This document shows positions 26,701 through 37,036 of a stretch of DNA of 64,000 nt, one piece after another (position 1 is the stretch's first letter; every line of letters starts with the position of its first letter). This DNA comes from Oopsacas minuta. Its lineage: Eukaryota > Animalia > Porifera. Below the pieces are notes generated by a model that was not told where the DNA came from, made no database searches, and saw nothing but the letters and a program-made list of their open reading frames with translations. Location: contig JAKMXF010000266.1 in NCBI GenBank assembly GCA_024704765.1, forward strand, positions 496,001 to 560,000, given 5' to 3'. Both the position numbers and the translations under genes were made by a program.

Positions 26701-28222
26701 AGTCGTTGAAAGTATGATTCTACCTTAATTTTGAAATTTGTTTACTTTATATTCATAAAAATAACAATAAATTTACATATGATTAATCCAAAAGTGTGAT
26801 AATCGGATTCAGCATGTTCGATATATTTAGTGAAGTTTTATTGAATTATATTTACTTCTTCGATAAACACAATAAATGCATAGTTATGCAACAACTTCAA
26901 AATTACATACCGTAAATTCTTTCCTTGACAACAGACAAACAAACAGACAACAAATGAGATCTAATAATATAGATTCTACAAGGGACATCCGACATCAGCG
27001 CGGGATATATTGACAACTCGTAAATATTATTTAAGCACCTTTCATCCAAAATTGCCAAATCGTATTATTTTTTAGCATTGGGTTTAGGGATACAATACGT
27101 ATAATACAATATAATAATCATTCCATATACCATACTTACCATATCTAAGTATTTTGCTTTCTCCGTCCCTTTCAGCTAAAAAGTAAAACAATCATCTTAT
27201 ATGCAGCAAGCCAGTACATAATAGCATATTGTTCCTCTGAGATTACCCCATTGTAAATTGTACTTCCAAGTCAACAACAATACACTTACCTTGTTTAATT
27301 TTTGTATAGAAACCAGGCTAGCTATATTAGTTAATATTATATTCTGATATCTGGTTACTATCTCAGCACTTCCAACTTCATAATAAGACAGAGATACTTC
27401 TTGTTTTATACATAGCTCCTACAGGATTATTATTAACATATAAATATGGTAGCTTTATTACGAAAACCGTATTTCTTACGTCTATTGTTTCTGTATCTAA
27501 TATCCTTGCTTCAGGATTTTCTAAGTGTGTTCCTATAAGTGTAATGTGTGCATCTTTGTTGATACGTTTACACTCAACTAGCCATGGTTGTATGTTTTTA
27601 CAGGGTTCCTTGGTAATGAGGTGAAATATATAATTGAAATATACAACATAATAGAATAATTGGTAAATTTATACCCACTCTAATGTTGAGGTCGAATAGA
27701 ATGATGATTATATCTGGTAGTGTTTCAGTGTGTTCCTCTACCAACCCCCTTCCTTCTATCTGCGAAATTGAACATATAATTTATTACCATTCTAAAAACA
27801 TGCTTTTTTTGCAAAATTCACTCTCCTTTGAACACGATAGAGTTCCCACCCGAGATAAACCCAATAATGAAGAAATAATTTTGGCTCCAAGTTGTTGATA
27901 ACTTAACAAGAACTCCAATACAAAACGGTCAAATGTAGAAAAGTCAGTGCTGCATTTCCGTATTTATTATGACTAAGGGAGGATCATTTGATAAATATTC
28001 CCTAATCAGCTGACTGGGTTCGTGATATGACCCTACTCACAGAGAACTTACGAAATTGACATGTATACTCTCTGAGAGGAGGTTGACTTGATGAGGAGTG
28101 ACTCTCGTGATTTCTTGTATTGCTCGTCTCTATAATGCAATTATGTGTAGTAATTAGTAATGCGTGATAAATACAATAATAATATCCGTATAACATATCT
28201 CTTCAAATTACCTAATAATCAT
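8765..28222 (-). CDS. LRRK-like ROCO protein, multi-exon: degenerate N-terminal G-like domain - LRR - ROC - COR - pseudokinase - WD40
   Basis: Most hand-spliced GT-AG exons join in frame. LRR exon ~25030-25497 (LRNNKLHFIP, LDISHNRL); ROC exon 24366-24615 (GLSKSGKT, WDFSG); 23557-23965 (FTHLD, VSSLTG|EG); 23159-23286; COR 22878-23066 joined to 17196-17388 (FFHE|EGLLF); COR motif RIYKMRFLPLGFWNILLMR ~16480-16530; HFPGL and APDLL ~14580-14820; kinase exons ~12700-14400; WD40-type exons 8765-12320. The start at 28222 and a few small exons are uncertain. Confidence 0.88.
11941..12110. mobile_element. pogo/Tc1-type MITE (TACAGTCAAC...GTTGACTGTA)
   Basis: Imperfect TIRs with TA flanks; a related copy lies at 18403-18553. 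Confidence 0.7.
15676..16122 (+). CDS. MRPL43: Mitochondrial ribosomal protein L43, intronless, nested antisense in a 739-nt intron of the LRRK-like gene
   Basis: L51/S25/CI-B8 fold pattern (S-x-GIRKYL...FASKFPSV...PRIEAEY) and C-terminal TTRPSIQGNWHPF; ATTAAA about 25 nt after the stop. Confidence 0.9.
   Translation: MSSLPFAELGVMGRKLIQLKRISFHYSKTFNASHGIRKYLDGDLVAFASKFPSVAIYLRQDDGEPRIEAEYLCGTKKTVPLKKYTPEKIKNELWKLRSESGINVGQIVRYWHTTRPSIQGNWHPFMFPFPDNSQYCIRDREDKINNLE
18120..20586 (+). CDS. POLD2: DNA polymerase delta subunit 2; exons 18120-18364, 18763-19499, 20195-20586 (457 aa)
   Basis: Motifs YSQQYAQIYNAR, CCIVGNIFKDMRLKPSVL, MPGTNEPGNITLPQQP, G|TSGQNIDNI, WGHMAPTAPETLSCYPY, PNIYFAGNQ; all junctions GT-AG and in phase. 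Confidence 0.95.
18403..18553. mobile_element. MITE of the same family as 11941-12110, in POLD2 intron 1
   Basis: TACAATCAACTCCCCGTTATATCG...AACGGGAGTTGACTG termini. Confidence 0.6.
21017..22210 (+). CDS. Coiled-coil + NHL-repeat beta-propeller protein (TRIM-NHL-like C-terminal half, no RING/B-box seen), intronless
   Basis: N-terminal coiled coil followed by NHL repeats (KPVRLSVDE..LIAVTD; FAHPCAI; PLSFTIDQKGCIIIGD; YSPTGIFV). ATG at 21017 preferred over 20945. Confidence 0.8.
   Translation: MACNIQEPDEVVYVSDMEDLIHNTFDKIISKVNLRREKLISQFRDIQTQKNAIFQSIDQLKSARSILQEKLRINPLSAIQQRTTADIDGALANLQLEASIEHIFVCNEKNLDNALTRLGGFELQPNQYIAKSIPKFAFGADSKSSLRKPVRLSVDESLDLIAVTDSISKQIYLFSLEGKYLNSFGKDYFAHPCAIKIINHNEILVTDYQKEDMSLIQYERGKKEKFKLKLKLNERRCITSLDYDKNNNQIYATESITHSLLIFNKEFKIITDLNNLFLFPQNVVITDTEIYIQDHNNPCFHILSKYTLEFSRSLISRGLHLSTESPLSFTIDQKGCIIIGDKSGVIQVYAPSGQLIHTFAKKGTELGEVYSPTGIFVRSNYDVIVISNSPNYPIQVF
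26476..26973 (-). mobile_element. Non-autonomous Helitron/Helentron-like element in an LRRK-like intron
   Basis: 5' A|TCTATATTATTAGATCTC...GTCTGTTTG; 3' GC-rich hairpin (GCGAAGCGACGAGCCAAAGGATCGT); ~380 nt shared with 38170-38553. Confidence 0.6.
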
Positions 28223-28468
28223 TCAAAATAGGTGAAATAAATGCCAATTAACGAAATTCGAGATGATGTTCGTTCTGTAATCCGTACAGTTAACTGAATC
28301 ATTTTGTATTATATTTACGAGCTGAATACTCGCTGGAAATGAATTAAGCGAACTTGATGTGTATTTAAAGTAAGCTAACTATCTTATATGTCTACCTTTA
28401 TTACAATATTTTCTTTACTATATTGTGATTAGATTTTTGCTATCAAATTACATAACCTCACCAACACC

Positions 28469-28693
28469 ATGCCACTCTCAACCTACGTATATTACACTTC
28501 ATGGGGCCTCTTCACGACCGTGTGGGGACATGTGATAGCAGGACATCCTGTTATGTACAAACCCTGGCGACACCTGGTCTCCACTGGTATCGGATTAGGG
28601 GCAGGTCACCTCATGCACCACTACGAAACTACAGTGCATAAACGCTATCTAACGATGATAGAGGAAGACGATGATGAAGATCTGTTCAGATGA
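28469..28693 (+). CDS. Complex I accessory subunit B14.5b/NDUFC2-like, short form (74 aa)
   Basis: Two hydrophobic segments flanking PVMYKPWRHLVSTGIG, resembling the P-x-x-x-x-PW-x-H-x-x-x-x-G-x-G core I recall from plant/fungal B14.5b homologs. Confidence 0.6.
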   Translation: MPLSTYVYYTSWGLFTTVWGHVIAGHPVMYKPWRHLVSTGIGLGAGHLMHHYETTVHKRYLTMIEEDDDEDLFR

Positions 28694-29131
28694 CCTGTCA
28701 GCTGATATGAACTTATTGTTCATTAATTATTGATAAGGTCGAGTATAATTAAATTTCTAATACCTGTAATTGTGTATTGAAATGTTGTCATGGCATGGGA
28801 ATGGGAATCATTGCATGTTAGCTAAATGGGGATCTAATTGAAATCCTATAAGAAATGAGAATGCTATGGAACAAATAGTGTTTGACCCCCAAGACTTAAG
28901 GTGCCATTGAATGTACAAAAGATTCACTCAATTATGATTTATAATATCCAAAATATAGCTATAACTAAATTTAACTAAAAGAATCCTAGGAATGTATTAG
29001 ACTCCCAATTTAATTCTATCAATTTTGAAGCATATTTCTGGCGAATTAATAACGTATCATCATTTTATGAATGATTTCGAAATACTATAATGTAGATATT
29101 ATCACACTAAAGTTACTGTTTATTCAGCGAA

Positions 29132-29734
29132 ATGCTAACTAGAACATTTCACCGAATTTCAAGAAACAGTTCGCTTTCATTACGAAAAATGTCGACTCTT
29201 TTTAAAGACCCAATCGAGACGATAGTAAAAACACCACCTGAAGTGACATCACTCAATTATATACTCATATCAGGACGTGTATCAAGGGCCCCAGAATGGT
29301 ATGAAGAAGATGGGAAAACTCTCTTAGCTTTAGGAGTACGAACAACTTATTCTCGCATGAAAAAGGAAATAATTACAGAGAATGGGATCGTTAAATGGTG
29401 TCAGTACTTCATCATGGGTCAGCTACATCGATGTGTTTGTGGTTATAAACTTTTCGGAGAGAAGCAATTAGATTTGAAGTATATTTCTAATACAATCAAT
29501 AAAGGCGATAAAGTTATAGTGAAAGGCTCGTTAAGATATAAAAAAATGATTGACCGGGTCTGTAATGACAAAATCATTGGTGTTGATATTCTTGTTTCGA
29601 GTCTTATAGTAATTGAGCGTGGAGATGGTGATTTTGGTGATGGAATTCTTCACACTGAGGCTGGTAGTAAAATCAATATCGGAAAACTGAATAAAGGAAT
29701 TTTAACATCTGAGATCTTCGAGTATAAAGGCTAA
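29132..29734 (+). CDS. Mitochondrial single-stranded DNA-binding protein-like (OB fold), divergent
   Basis: Arg/Ser/Leu-rich presequence-like N-terminus; LNYILISGRV, QLHRCV and INKGDKVIVKGSLRY match SSB OB-fold motifs. Confidence 0.65.
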   Translation: MLTRTFHRISRNSSLSLRKMSTLFKDPIETIVKTPPEVTSLNYILISGRVSRAPEWYEEDGKTLLALGVRTTYSRMKKEIITENGIVKWCQYFIMGQLHRCVCGYKLFGEKQLDLKYISNTINKGDKVIVKGSLRYKKMIDRVCNDKIIGVDILVSSLIVIERGDGDFGDGILHTEAGSKINIGKLNKGILTSEIFEYKG

Positions 29735-29971
29735 CCTTAAATATTTACTTATTTAAACTAGTTTATTCTTAAAGTTATAATCTATGTAACGTACAGTGAA
29801 ATTTGAGATGAGAGTTGTTTTTCCTGATCCTTGCGATCCCAAAATTAAAATGTTGTAAGGCCTAAAGAGAGAATTTGTTTACGAACACTAGTCATTTGGA
29901 TAGAAACACCAATTTTCATATATTATCAGTGCTCAAACTGCAATAATTCACCACAATTGAATCCATGATAT

Positions 29972-30091
29972 CAGTGGTTCTCAACCTGTGGTTCATGGAC
30001 CCCTTGGTTGTCCACGAATGACTGCAGGGAGTCTACAGAATGTGTTAAAATTGATATAGGGGTCCACGGGTGAAAAGGTTGAGAACCGGCG
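29972..30091. mobile_element. hAT-type MITE (CAGTGGTTCTCAACC termini)
   Basis: TIR pair CAGTGGTTCTCAACC / GGTTGAGAACCGGCG; related single ends near 24180-24192 and 57460-57485; no clean 8-bp TSD. Confidence 0.6.
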
Positions 30092-30458
30092 CATAAACAT
30101 TCATAGAAAATACTTACATTTCAACACTATATAGAAATATATTATAATAATTATCAAATTTTCTCTTATAAACTTTGTCGTTGTATAACTTCGAATCCAA
30201 AAGGAAAGTCCCGATTGATTTTTCCTATTGTCTTATATATCATGCCTATATTAAATTGTCTGTATTAGCGGAGAACCTGCTAGTATGCAATATGCAACGT
30301 GATACTATTACAGTCAATATAGTAATTTTCATAAGCCATAGAATATTACTTGTAAATTGGGCTTTACTCTTAGACTTCGAATTCACCTTTGCTTAATATG
30401 TATTTATGTAATAAATAAATATTCAATAAATTAGAATCCTTAAATATTTTATATTTTT

Positions 30459-31068
30459 GTGTCTAATCAACTCTTTTGAAAGTTGTAATTTTTGGAGATG
30501 GTGGAGTTGGTAAATCTTCATTAATGACTCAATATATAGAGAATAAATTCGAGACAGGTTACTATTACACAGTTGGAGTTGAGTTTTGAATAAAGATATA
30601 TTTTATCTTGGAAACTCATACACATTGCAGATATGGGATACAGCTGGTCAGGAGAGATTTAAGAGTCTAAGAACACCATTCTACAGAGGAGCTGATTGCT
30701 GTATTCTGACTTTCGCAGTCAACGACAAGCAATCCTTTGCAAATATTGATTTCTGGAAAAAAGAATTTTTATACTATGCGGATATAAGAGATACCAATAA
30801 TTTCCCTTTTATAGTAATCGGGAATAAGATAGATTTAGGACAGGAAAGAACAGTGAGTGAAGAAGAAGCGAGTATTTGGTGTGGCAATCAATCTATTCCT
30901 TATTACCAGACATCAGCTAAAACATCAGAGAATGTTAATATAGCATTTTTTCATGCATTAGAGATTTTCGCAGGTTCTGCGCCAGGTCAGAAAATTGAGA
31001 AATATCAATCAGTGAATTTATCTACCTAAACAGACTCAGGGAAAAATGAAAGAGATTGCACTTGTTAG
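30459..31068 (+). pseudogene. Disabled Rab9 paralog
   Basis: Start is GTG rather than ATG (30459); 1-nt deletions at ~30465 and ~30584 relative to the 33957 copy; in-frame TAA at 31027-31029 followed by TDSGKNERDCTC-stop (vestigial CxC motif). Confidence 0.8.
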
Positions 31069-32003
31069 AATCCATAAAATAATGAATGGTGTAGGTATTC
31101 CGCATGTACGTATAGTCGTATATGTATATATGTATACAGTCGAAAATTATAGCTTTATAAGACTTTAATATATTTATTGTATCTCTTTTACTATATTATT
31201 AAAAGTTATATAAGAATTTCTGGTATTGGTTATCCTAATACTTATAGAATTATGAGTGAGTTTATAGTTTTGTAGATATTATATCATAGATGTTGCTGAT
31301 GATCTTCAGGGAGTTCATCAAATTAAAATAATTACAATGTACAATGTATATCCGTAGTCACCAGAAGATATCTGCACGATCTTATTGTCTTGGCAAACTA
31401 GAAAGTACTTATCCACATTTGTCTACCGACTCTTTAGCCCATTTTGGACGAATTTGGACGATTATGGGTATTAATAATAAACAGCAAATTGATGACCTAG
31501 AACTATAGCTCATCAAAAGGTTTAGGTTAATTTTTGATGAGATTGAATCTAACCTTAATCTATGTATGATATGTTTGTATTCATGTCGAGTATTTTGTAG
31601 ATTTCAAATCGATGTTGTCGGAGTGTGATAGAATTTAATTTATTGCCTATCTACTTTTGAAACATTCTTTTATTATGTCACTGTCTAGACCAGAGGTATG
31701 AAAACATTTGCATCATATATCAAACATTTTAACTAGTAGTCACGTAAACAACTTGAATTTGAAATATGTGAAAGATCAACAAACCAATCCTCTAGTGTTT
31801 ATTCTAATCCCCCTCCATTTCACACCCTAGAACCGGGTTTCCAATCTTTTGTTGATCCCTCGCCCCTTCCCATAGAGGAGTCTATTGCGATGCAAAACTA
31901 TTTATTTCTTTTGCTAACAATATTAGTTTAATTGATTAAATATTTCAACATACTTACAAGAATAATAATAATAATCTTACTTCTCCTGTTACAAAAAGGA
32001 GGA

Positions 32004-32843
32004 TTAAATATAGACAAAACCCCACAATAAATGGGTAGAAATCGCTAAATAAAAATGTAGTAAAATTACTCCCATGAGTAGCAAGAAGTTGATGTTTGTT
32101 GCAACAGCGGAATTGAAAACGTAACGACAGAGAATTCCGTTATCGAGGTCAAGCGATGGTCTCCAGATGAAAGTAGAATCGCCCCAGTCGAGATTCTCGG
32201 GACAAGTTATTGGATCGCCGTTTGGGTCAACATCTGAGCTAATTATGGTACCAGGAGTAGAACATCCAGTAGGTAGTAGTCCCCATTTTACAGTTGCATC
32301 ATCAAACTTCATAGCATATTCCACCTCGAATCATCGAATCCATCCATTGTCCACCCGACTGGAATATCTGTCTGTCTGCTCTCACAACCGATAAGCTGTT
32401 GTGTCTCGTTCTGTTTGCATACTGGGATCAGCTGTTCTGACTGATTGCGTACAGTTTGGGCACCAAAACATTCCTTCCAGTTGGTAGGTCCATAGTGGTA
32501 GGTGCTGCAAACCCAATCTTTATTCGTGACCACGTAGTCCACTATCCCCCACACATCGGTTGTCATACTCGAGACCTGAGGTGTCATCAGCCCAATCCCG
32601 GCCATGGATAGCGAAAACTATTTTGGATCCCTTCACAACCTGAAAAGTGATATTGACCGCATTATGAGGTATTATCGGGACTGGATCCGCGATAATAAGC
32701 TCGCCATTCACATACAAACTGAACTCATTATCACAATATGCGGTACCAGTTATGGTTTTCATCTGCTGTTGTGCTGTCACAGAAAGGAACATACTTGCAA
32801 AGAAGGATATTCCTACCACAATCAAATACACAGAAGAGAGCAT
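32004..32843 (-). pseudogene. Secreted protein with C-terminal hydrophobic anchor, broken by two frameshifts (~32531 and ~32321)
   Basis: Three consecutive ORFs in different frames read as one protein: signal peptide, CDNEFSLYVNG...GLEYDNRCVGDSGLR / VVTNKDWVC...GWTMDGFDDSRW / EYAMKF...LDWGDSTFIWRPSLDLDNGILCRYV, then a hydrophobic tail. Assembly error cannot be excluded. Confidence 0.65.
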
Positions 32844-33956
32844 TATGGATTGAGATGATTGAGCATATATAACTATGTCCAACTATTTATAACAGCGTAA
32901 TACCAATTGGGGTTAACTTGCAATGGTAGTTACTGTTAGTAGAAAAGAATTAAGATAGCAGTTATTGCACGGCAGGAATTTATACTACTAACTCAGTCGA
33001 CGCTATTTGGCTTTGAATTTAAATGTCTGTGAAAAAACCCTAATGTATAAATCCAAATACCGACGTCGCTTTTGAAGTAAAAATTTGGAGGAAATTTCTC
33101 AGCCTTCTCCAATTGATGATAGATATAATCGACAGTTTTACAAATTAAACATTAGTTTTTATGTTGATTTATGAAATCAACATAACATATACGTATATGA
33201 GTTTTAGTCTTATTATACCTACCCACATATGCTTTCCATCTCCATAACTTCTCAACGTAATGTCAGATCAGGCTGAAATCTAAATTTAGATTCATTTCCT
33301 CGGTGTAGCTTTCCGCCATTTTAATGACTTTTCAAAACCACATCACAGTGACTATGCACAATTGGTCTATTTTCTGTAATTTTTCAAATATGGGCCAAGT
33401 GAGCCGTGTTTAGTTATCTATAAAATACCCAAAACGAGATATCGACCTCAAATTTGTAGTATGGCTATTCCACCGTTGTAGCTTTATGTCACGTATTAAT
33501 GTTAATGATTTATTGAATCTTTTTTACTATATTCATGTTATATGAATTTCTGGGTATTGATTATCTTAATACGTACTTATAATCTAATTCGAATTATCTT
33601 GTTTAATGAACTACTCATTTCTTCTCAATTTAATATGAAGACTCCAGAGGGGATGTGAGCAGTTGTAAAGTTATCAGGTCTCGATATGACACCAGTACGG
33701 AATGAGAATATCAACTCTATATATAAAATTTCCTGTATTAGCAGAGAACCTGTAATATGCAATATGCAACGTGATACTATTACAGTCACAATAAGTAATT
33801 TTGAATAAACTTGGATAATATACTTGCAAATTGGGCTTTACTCATATGAGTTAAACTCGTGCCATAATTGAGCAATATATGTCTATTTCTACTTAATTAT
33901 TGTATAATTTAGAAATCTATTCGAAGTAATTATTATTAGATACTTTGCACTGAATT

Positions 33957-34556
33957 ATGTCTAAATCAACTCTTTTGAAAGTTGTACTTCTAGGAGATGG
34001 TGGAGTTGGTAAATCTGCATTAATGACTCGATATGTTAAGAATAATTTCGATCAGAAATCTTTCCACACAATTGGAGTTGAGTTTTTGAATAAAGATATA
34101 TTTTATCTTGGAAACTCATACACATTGCAGATATGGGATACAGCTGGTCAGGAGAGATTTAAGAGTCTAAGAACACCATTCTACAGAGGAGCTGATTGCT
34201 GTATTCTGACTTTCGCAGTCAACGACAAGCAATCCTTTGCAAATATTGATTTCTGGAAAAAAGAATTTTTATACTATGCGGATATAAGAGATACCAATAA
34301 TTTCCCTTTTATAGTAATCGGGAATAAGATAGATTTAGGACAGGAAAGAACAGTGAGTGAAGAAGAAGCGAGTATTTGGTGTGGCAATCAATCTATTCCT
34401 TATTACCAGACATCAGCTAAAACATCAGAGAATGTTAATATAGCATTTTTTCATGCATTAGAGATTTTCGCAGGTTCTGCGCCAGGTCAGAAAATTGAGA
34501 AATATCAATCAGTGAATTTATCTAACAGTAAAGGTGAAAGTTTTTGCTCTTGCTAG
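33957..34556 (+). CDS. RAB9: Ras-related protein Rab9, intronless
   Basis: GDGGVGKS, FHTIGVEFLNK, WDTAGQERFKSLRTPFYRGADCC, GNKID, TSAK and C-terminal CSC; LRTPFYRG is characteristic of Rab9. Confidence 0.93.
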   Translation: MSKSTLLKVVLLGDGGVGKSALMTRYVKNNFDQKSFHTIGVEFLNKDIFYLGNSYTLQIWDTAGQERFKSLRTPFYRGADCCILTFAVNDKQSFANIDFWKKEFLYYADIRDTNNFPFIVIGNKIDLGQERTVSEEEASIWCGNQSIPYYQTSAKTSENVNIAFFHALEIFAGSAPGQKIEKYQSVNLSNSKGESFCSC

Positions 34557-35368
34557 AATCTCTCACTCAAAATAATGAATGGATATGTATTTGCATGTAA
34601 GTATAACATTGTGGAGCTAGTATATATATAATTGCTTTGATACATTAATATTATATACTTTATTCGTGTTAAAATTCACTCTGTATTGATTATCTAAACT
34701 TGTATTTATCATTTAATTGCTATGTTAAAGAATTGATTACTTCACTGCATTATATATGTAGATGCGACGGAGACAGTTATAGAGTTGTCAGACCTAAATG
34801 CAACGTCACTTGGTCATGGTCAGTTATAGGCAATTGAATTTCATCTCCACCTCTTCAGTCATACCTGAACTCAATTACTGATTATTGGGTCAGCATGTGA
34901 GGAGATCTTTCTTGAGTAGATCTTGAAATATATCGGAAATTGCAGTTATACCATTAATAACCAATTTATTGGTGCCTGAGTTCTCAGGATGGTTGAAGCT
35001 CAACTCAGCAAACCTTTAAGTCACGAATTAAATCCCCAAGTGCTATTTTAACATCTCTATGGTGTGGCCATTAATAATCTGAGAAACCGAATGCAAGACT
35101 TTCAAACATCTAATCAGGGAACCTGACAATACAGTGACAAATTTCCTGACTAATGCAGACACCCGATTTAATGAGCGATTAGGAAGTCAGAAACTTCACT
35201 GGTAATAGATATACCACTAACAGATAGCTTAATGCTTAGCATTGTACGTCTCCGTTTGAGAGAGAATCCATCCGTAACTATGAACATTTAAATCACAAAA
35301 CAATATGAAGATTAATCGCATATTTAACAACACCAATAAGTGATATGTAGTAACACACTTTATATATT

Positions 35369-36067
35369 CTAAATAAGATCTACTCTACCCTTCTCTATCA
35401 CGCTCTTCACTTCAGAATATCTCAGAATATGAATAGAATTCTTATCGAAATTAACAGCCTCATCGTCTATCATAACTCCCCCCACATCCTCATTAGCTCG
35501 TATAAATACGAATTCATCTAAATTGGGTGTAACTTTAGCCTTGTCTTTATCAAGGTTTCTTACCATAGGAGGCATATGTCTAAGAGCTACATTCTCGAAT
35601 AACCTGTCCATATTCTCAATGTATTCCCGTATGAATATTCGCTCTTCCCCTGATAAGTTATCTATATCTTCTACTGTATTGTAATCTGCGTATTTCTCTA
35701 TTTTCTCTAGTCTTTTTCTGAGGTAAGCACTGAGAACATATCTTACACGTTCTAGCTCCAATTGATGTAAACTACGAACTATTTCTGGAACTTCTGAGCC
35801 TCTTAAACTATCCTCCATCGCCTTTACTACCTCTAGCATACATTCCACATAATCTCCCTTATAAGATAATACGTCAGGAGCGAATAATTCGTTACGCCAA
35901 GCTTTAACTAATCCCTGGTACATACCATAGGCTGTAAGAGTGTCATCAGCTGTTTGTATGGGTTCTTCATCTAAGTCAAGTTCCTTTAGTTTGCTTTCAG
36001 CGCTCGGAGGAGATTGAGAGAGGGATTTTCCTGTTTGTTCATCTCTCAGTATAAAAGGCCCAGCCAT
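35369..36067 (-). CDS. GINS4: GINS complex subunit 4 (Sld5), intronless
   Basis: AWRNELFAPDVL, QLELERVRYVLSAYLRKRLEKIEKY, PNLDEFVF, HILRY motifs. Confidence 0.93.
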   Translation of the reverse strand: MAGPFILRDEQTGKSLSQSPPSAESKLKELDLDEEPIQTADDTLTAYGMYQGLVKAWRNELFAPDVLSYKGDYVECMLEVVKAMEDSLRGSEVPEIVRSLHQLELERVRYVLSAYLRKRLEKIEKYADYNTVEDIDNLSGEERIFIREYIENMDRLFENVALRHMPPMVRNLDKDKAKVTPNLDEFVFIRANEDVGGVMIDDEAVNFDKNSIHILRYSEVKSVIEKGRVDLI

Positions 36068-37036
36068 TGCTAGCTTGTATTATTCAATCTGGCAGAGGTT
36101 AATATGTTAATTGTCCGTACGTATAGTTTAATATTATGTCGTATAGTATAGTAATAAACACCAAATTTAACCGATGCGACATTTTTTGAGATTCTCCTAC
36201 AGCAACGAATGCCCATAGCTGATAGAAAGATTAAATCTTGATAAATACTAGTTACAAAATTCTTTCGGTAGAGAATTCGATGTGTGATAATAGGAATTTT
36301 TACTTCTTTATCCATAGTACATTCATGTTTTCCTTTTCATGTCCAAATATTTAACAAAGTATTGAAGGTGTCATATAGTATTTTTCATCTAATTATTAGT
36401 CGCCTGGGAAAATTATTATGTAGTAATCTCAGTGTATTTTTGACTTGTTGAGCCATATCATTAATGGATTAGAGTCAGGCTGGCCCCGTGTTTCTCAAGG
36501 CATTATTATGCAATATACAGGTATACATGAATGGAATCTATGTGCCAATGGGGGGACTTCTATTGAGGGAAAAATACAATATGGATAATCTATTGATAAG
36601 TACACATATATCTTTCGTTTATAAGTTTATAACCAGTGTTCTGTTTAAATACTTTTATCACGGACAGCCTGCTTTTATCAATAAGTGTAAATACTGCATC
36701 TATCAATGTCCAATATTTTACTTACTAGAAAGTATTCCGAAAATTTGATGCCCCACAAAAGCTCAAAATAACCTCAACTCAGCCGATCTGAGAGAACAAT
36801 TGCTAGATGAATCGATTGTCAAATGATAATTCAAATCGTCATCAATAGGATTTATTCATAGGATGTACAGTGTAATAACAATAGAGTCAGTAATCACTGA
36901 TTGTATGTTATAATTCAAAGCAAAGCATCAATGAAATCTGAATTTAAAGAATATTAAATACAGAAAAATAACCGTTTCAGTCGTTGTTGATGTAAGGGTG
37001 AGTTCAGAAAAGGGAAAGGTTGTTTGAAAAAGAGAT

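Noticed and set aside
34760-35330. Coding-looking stretch read in one plus frame (e.g. VLFNISMVWPL, FLTNADTRFNERLG)
   Set aside because: Stop density is about what AT-rich DNA gives by chance and I recognise no family; a TBLASTX search would settle it.
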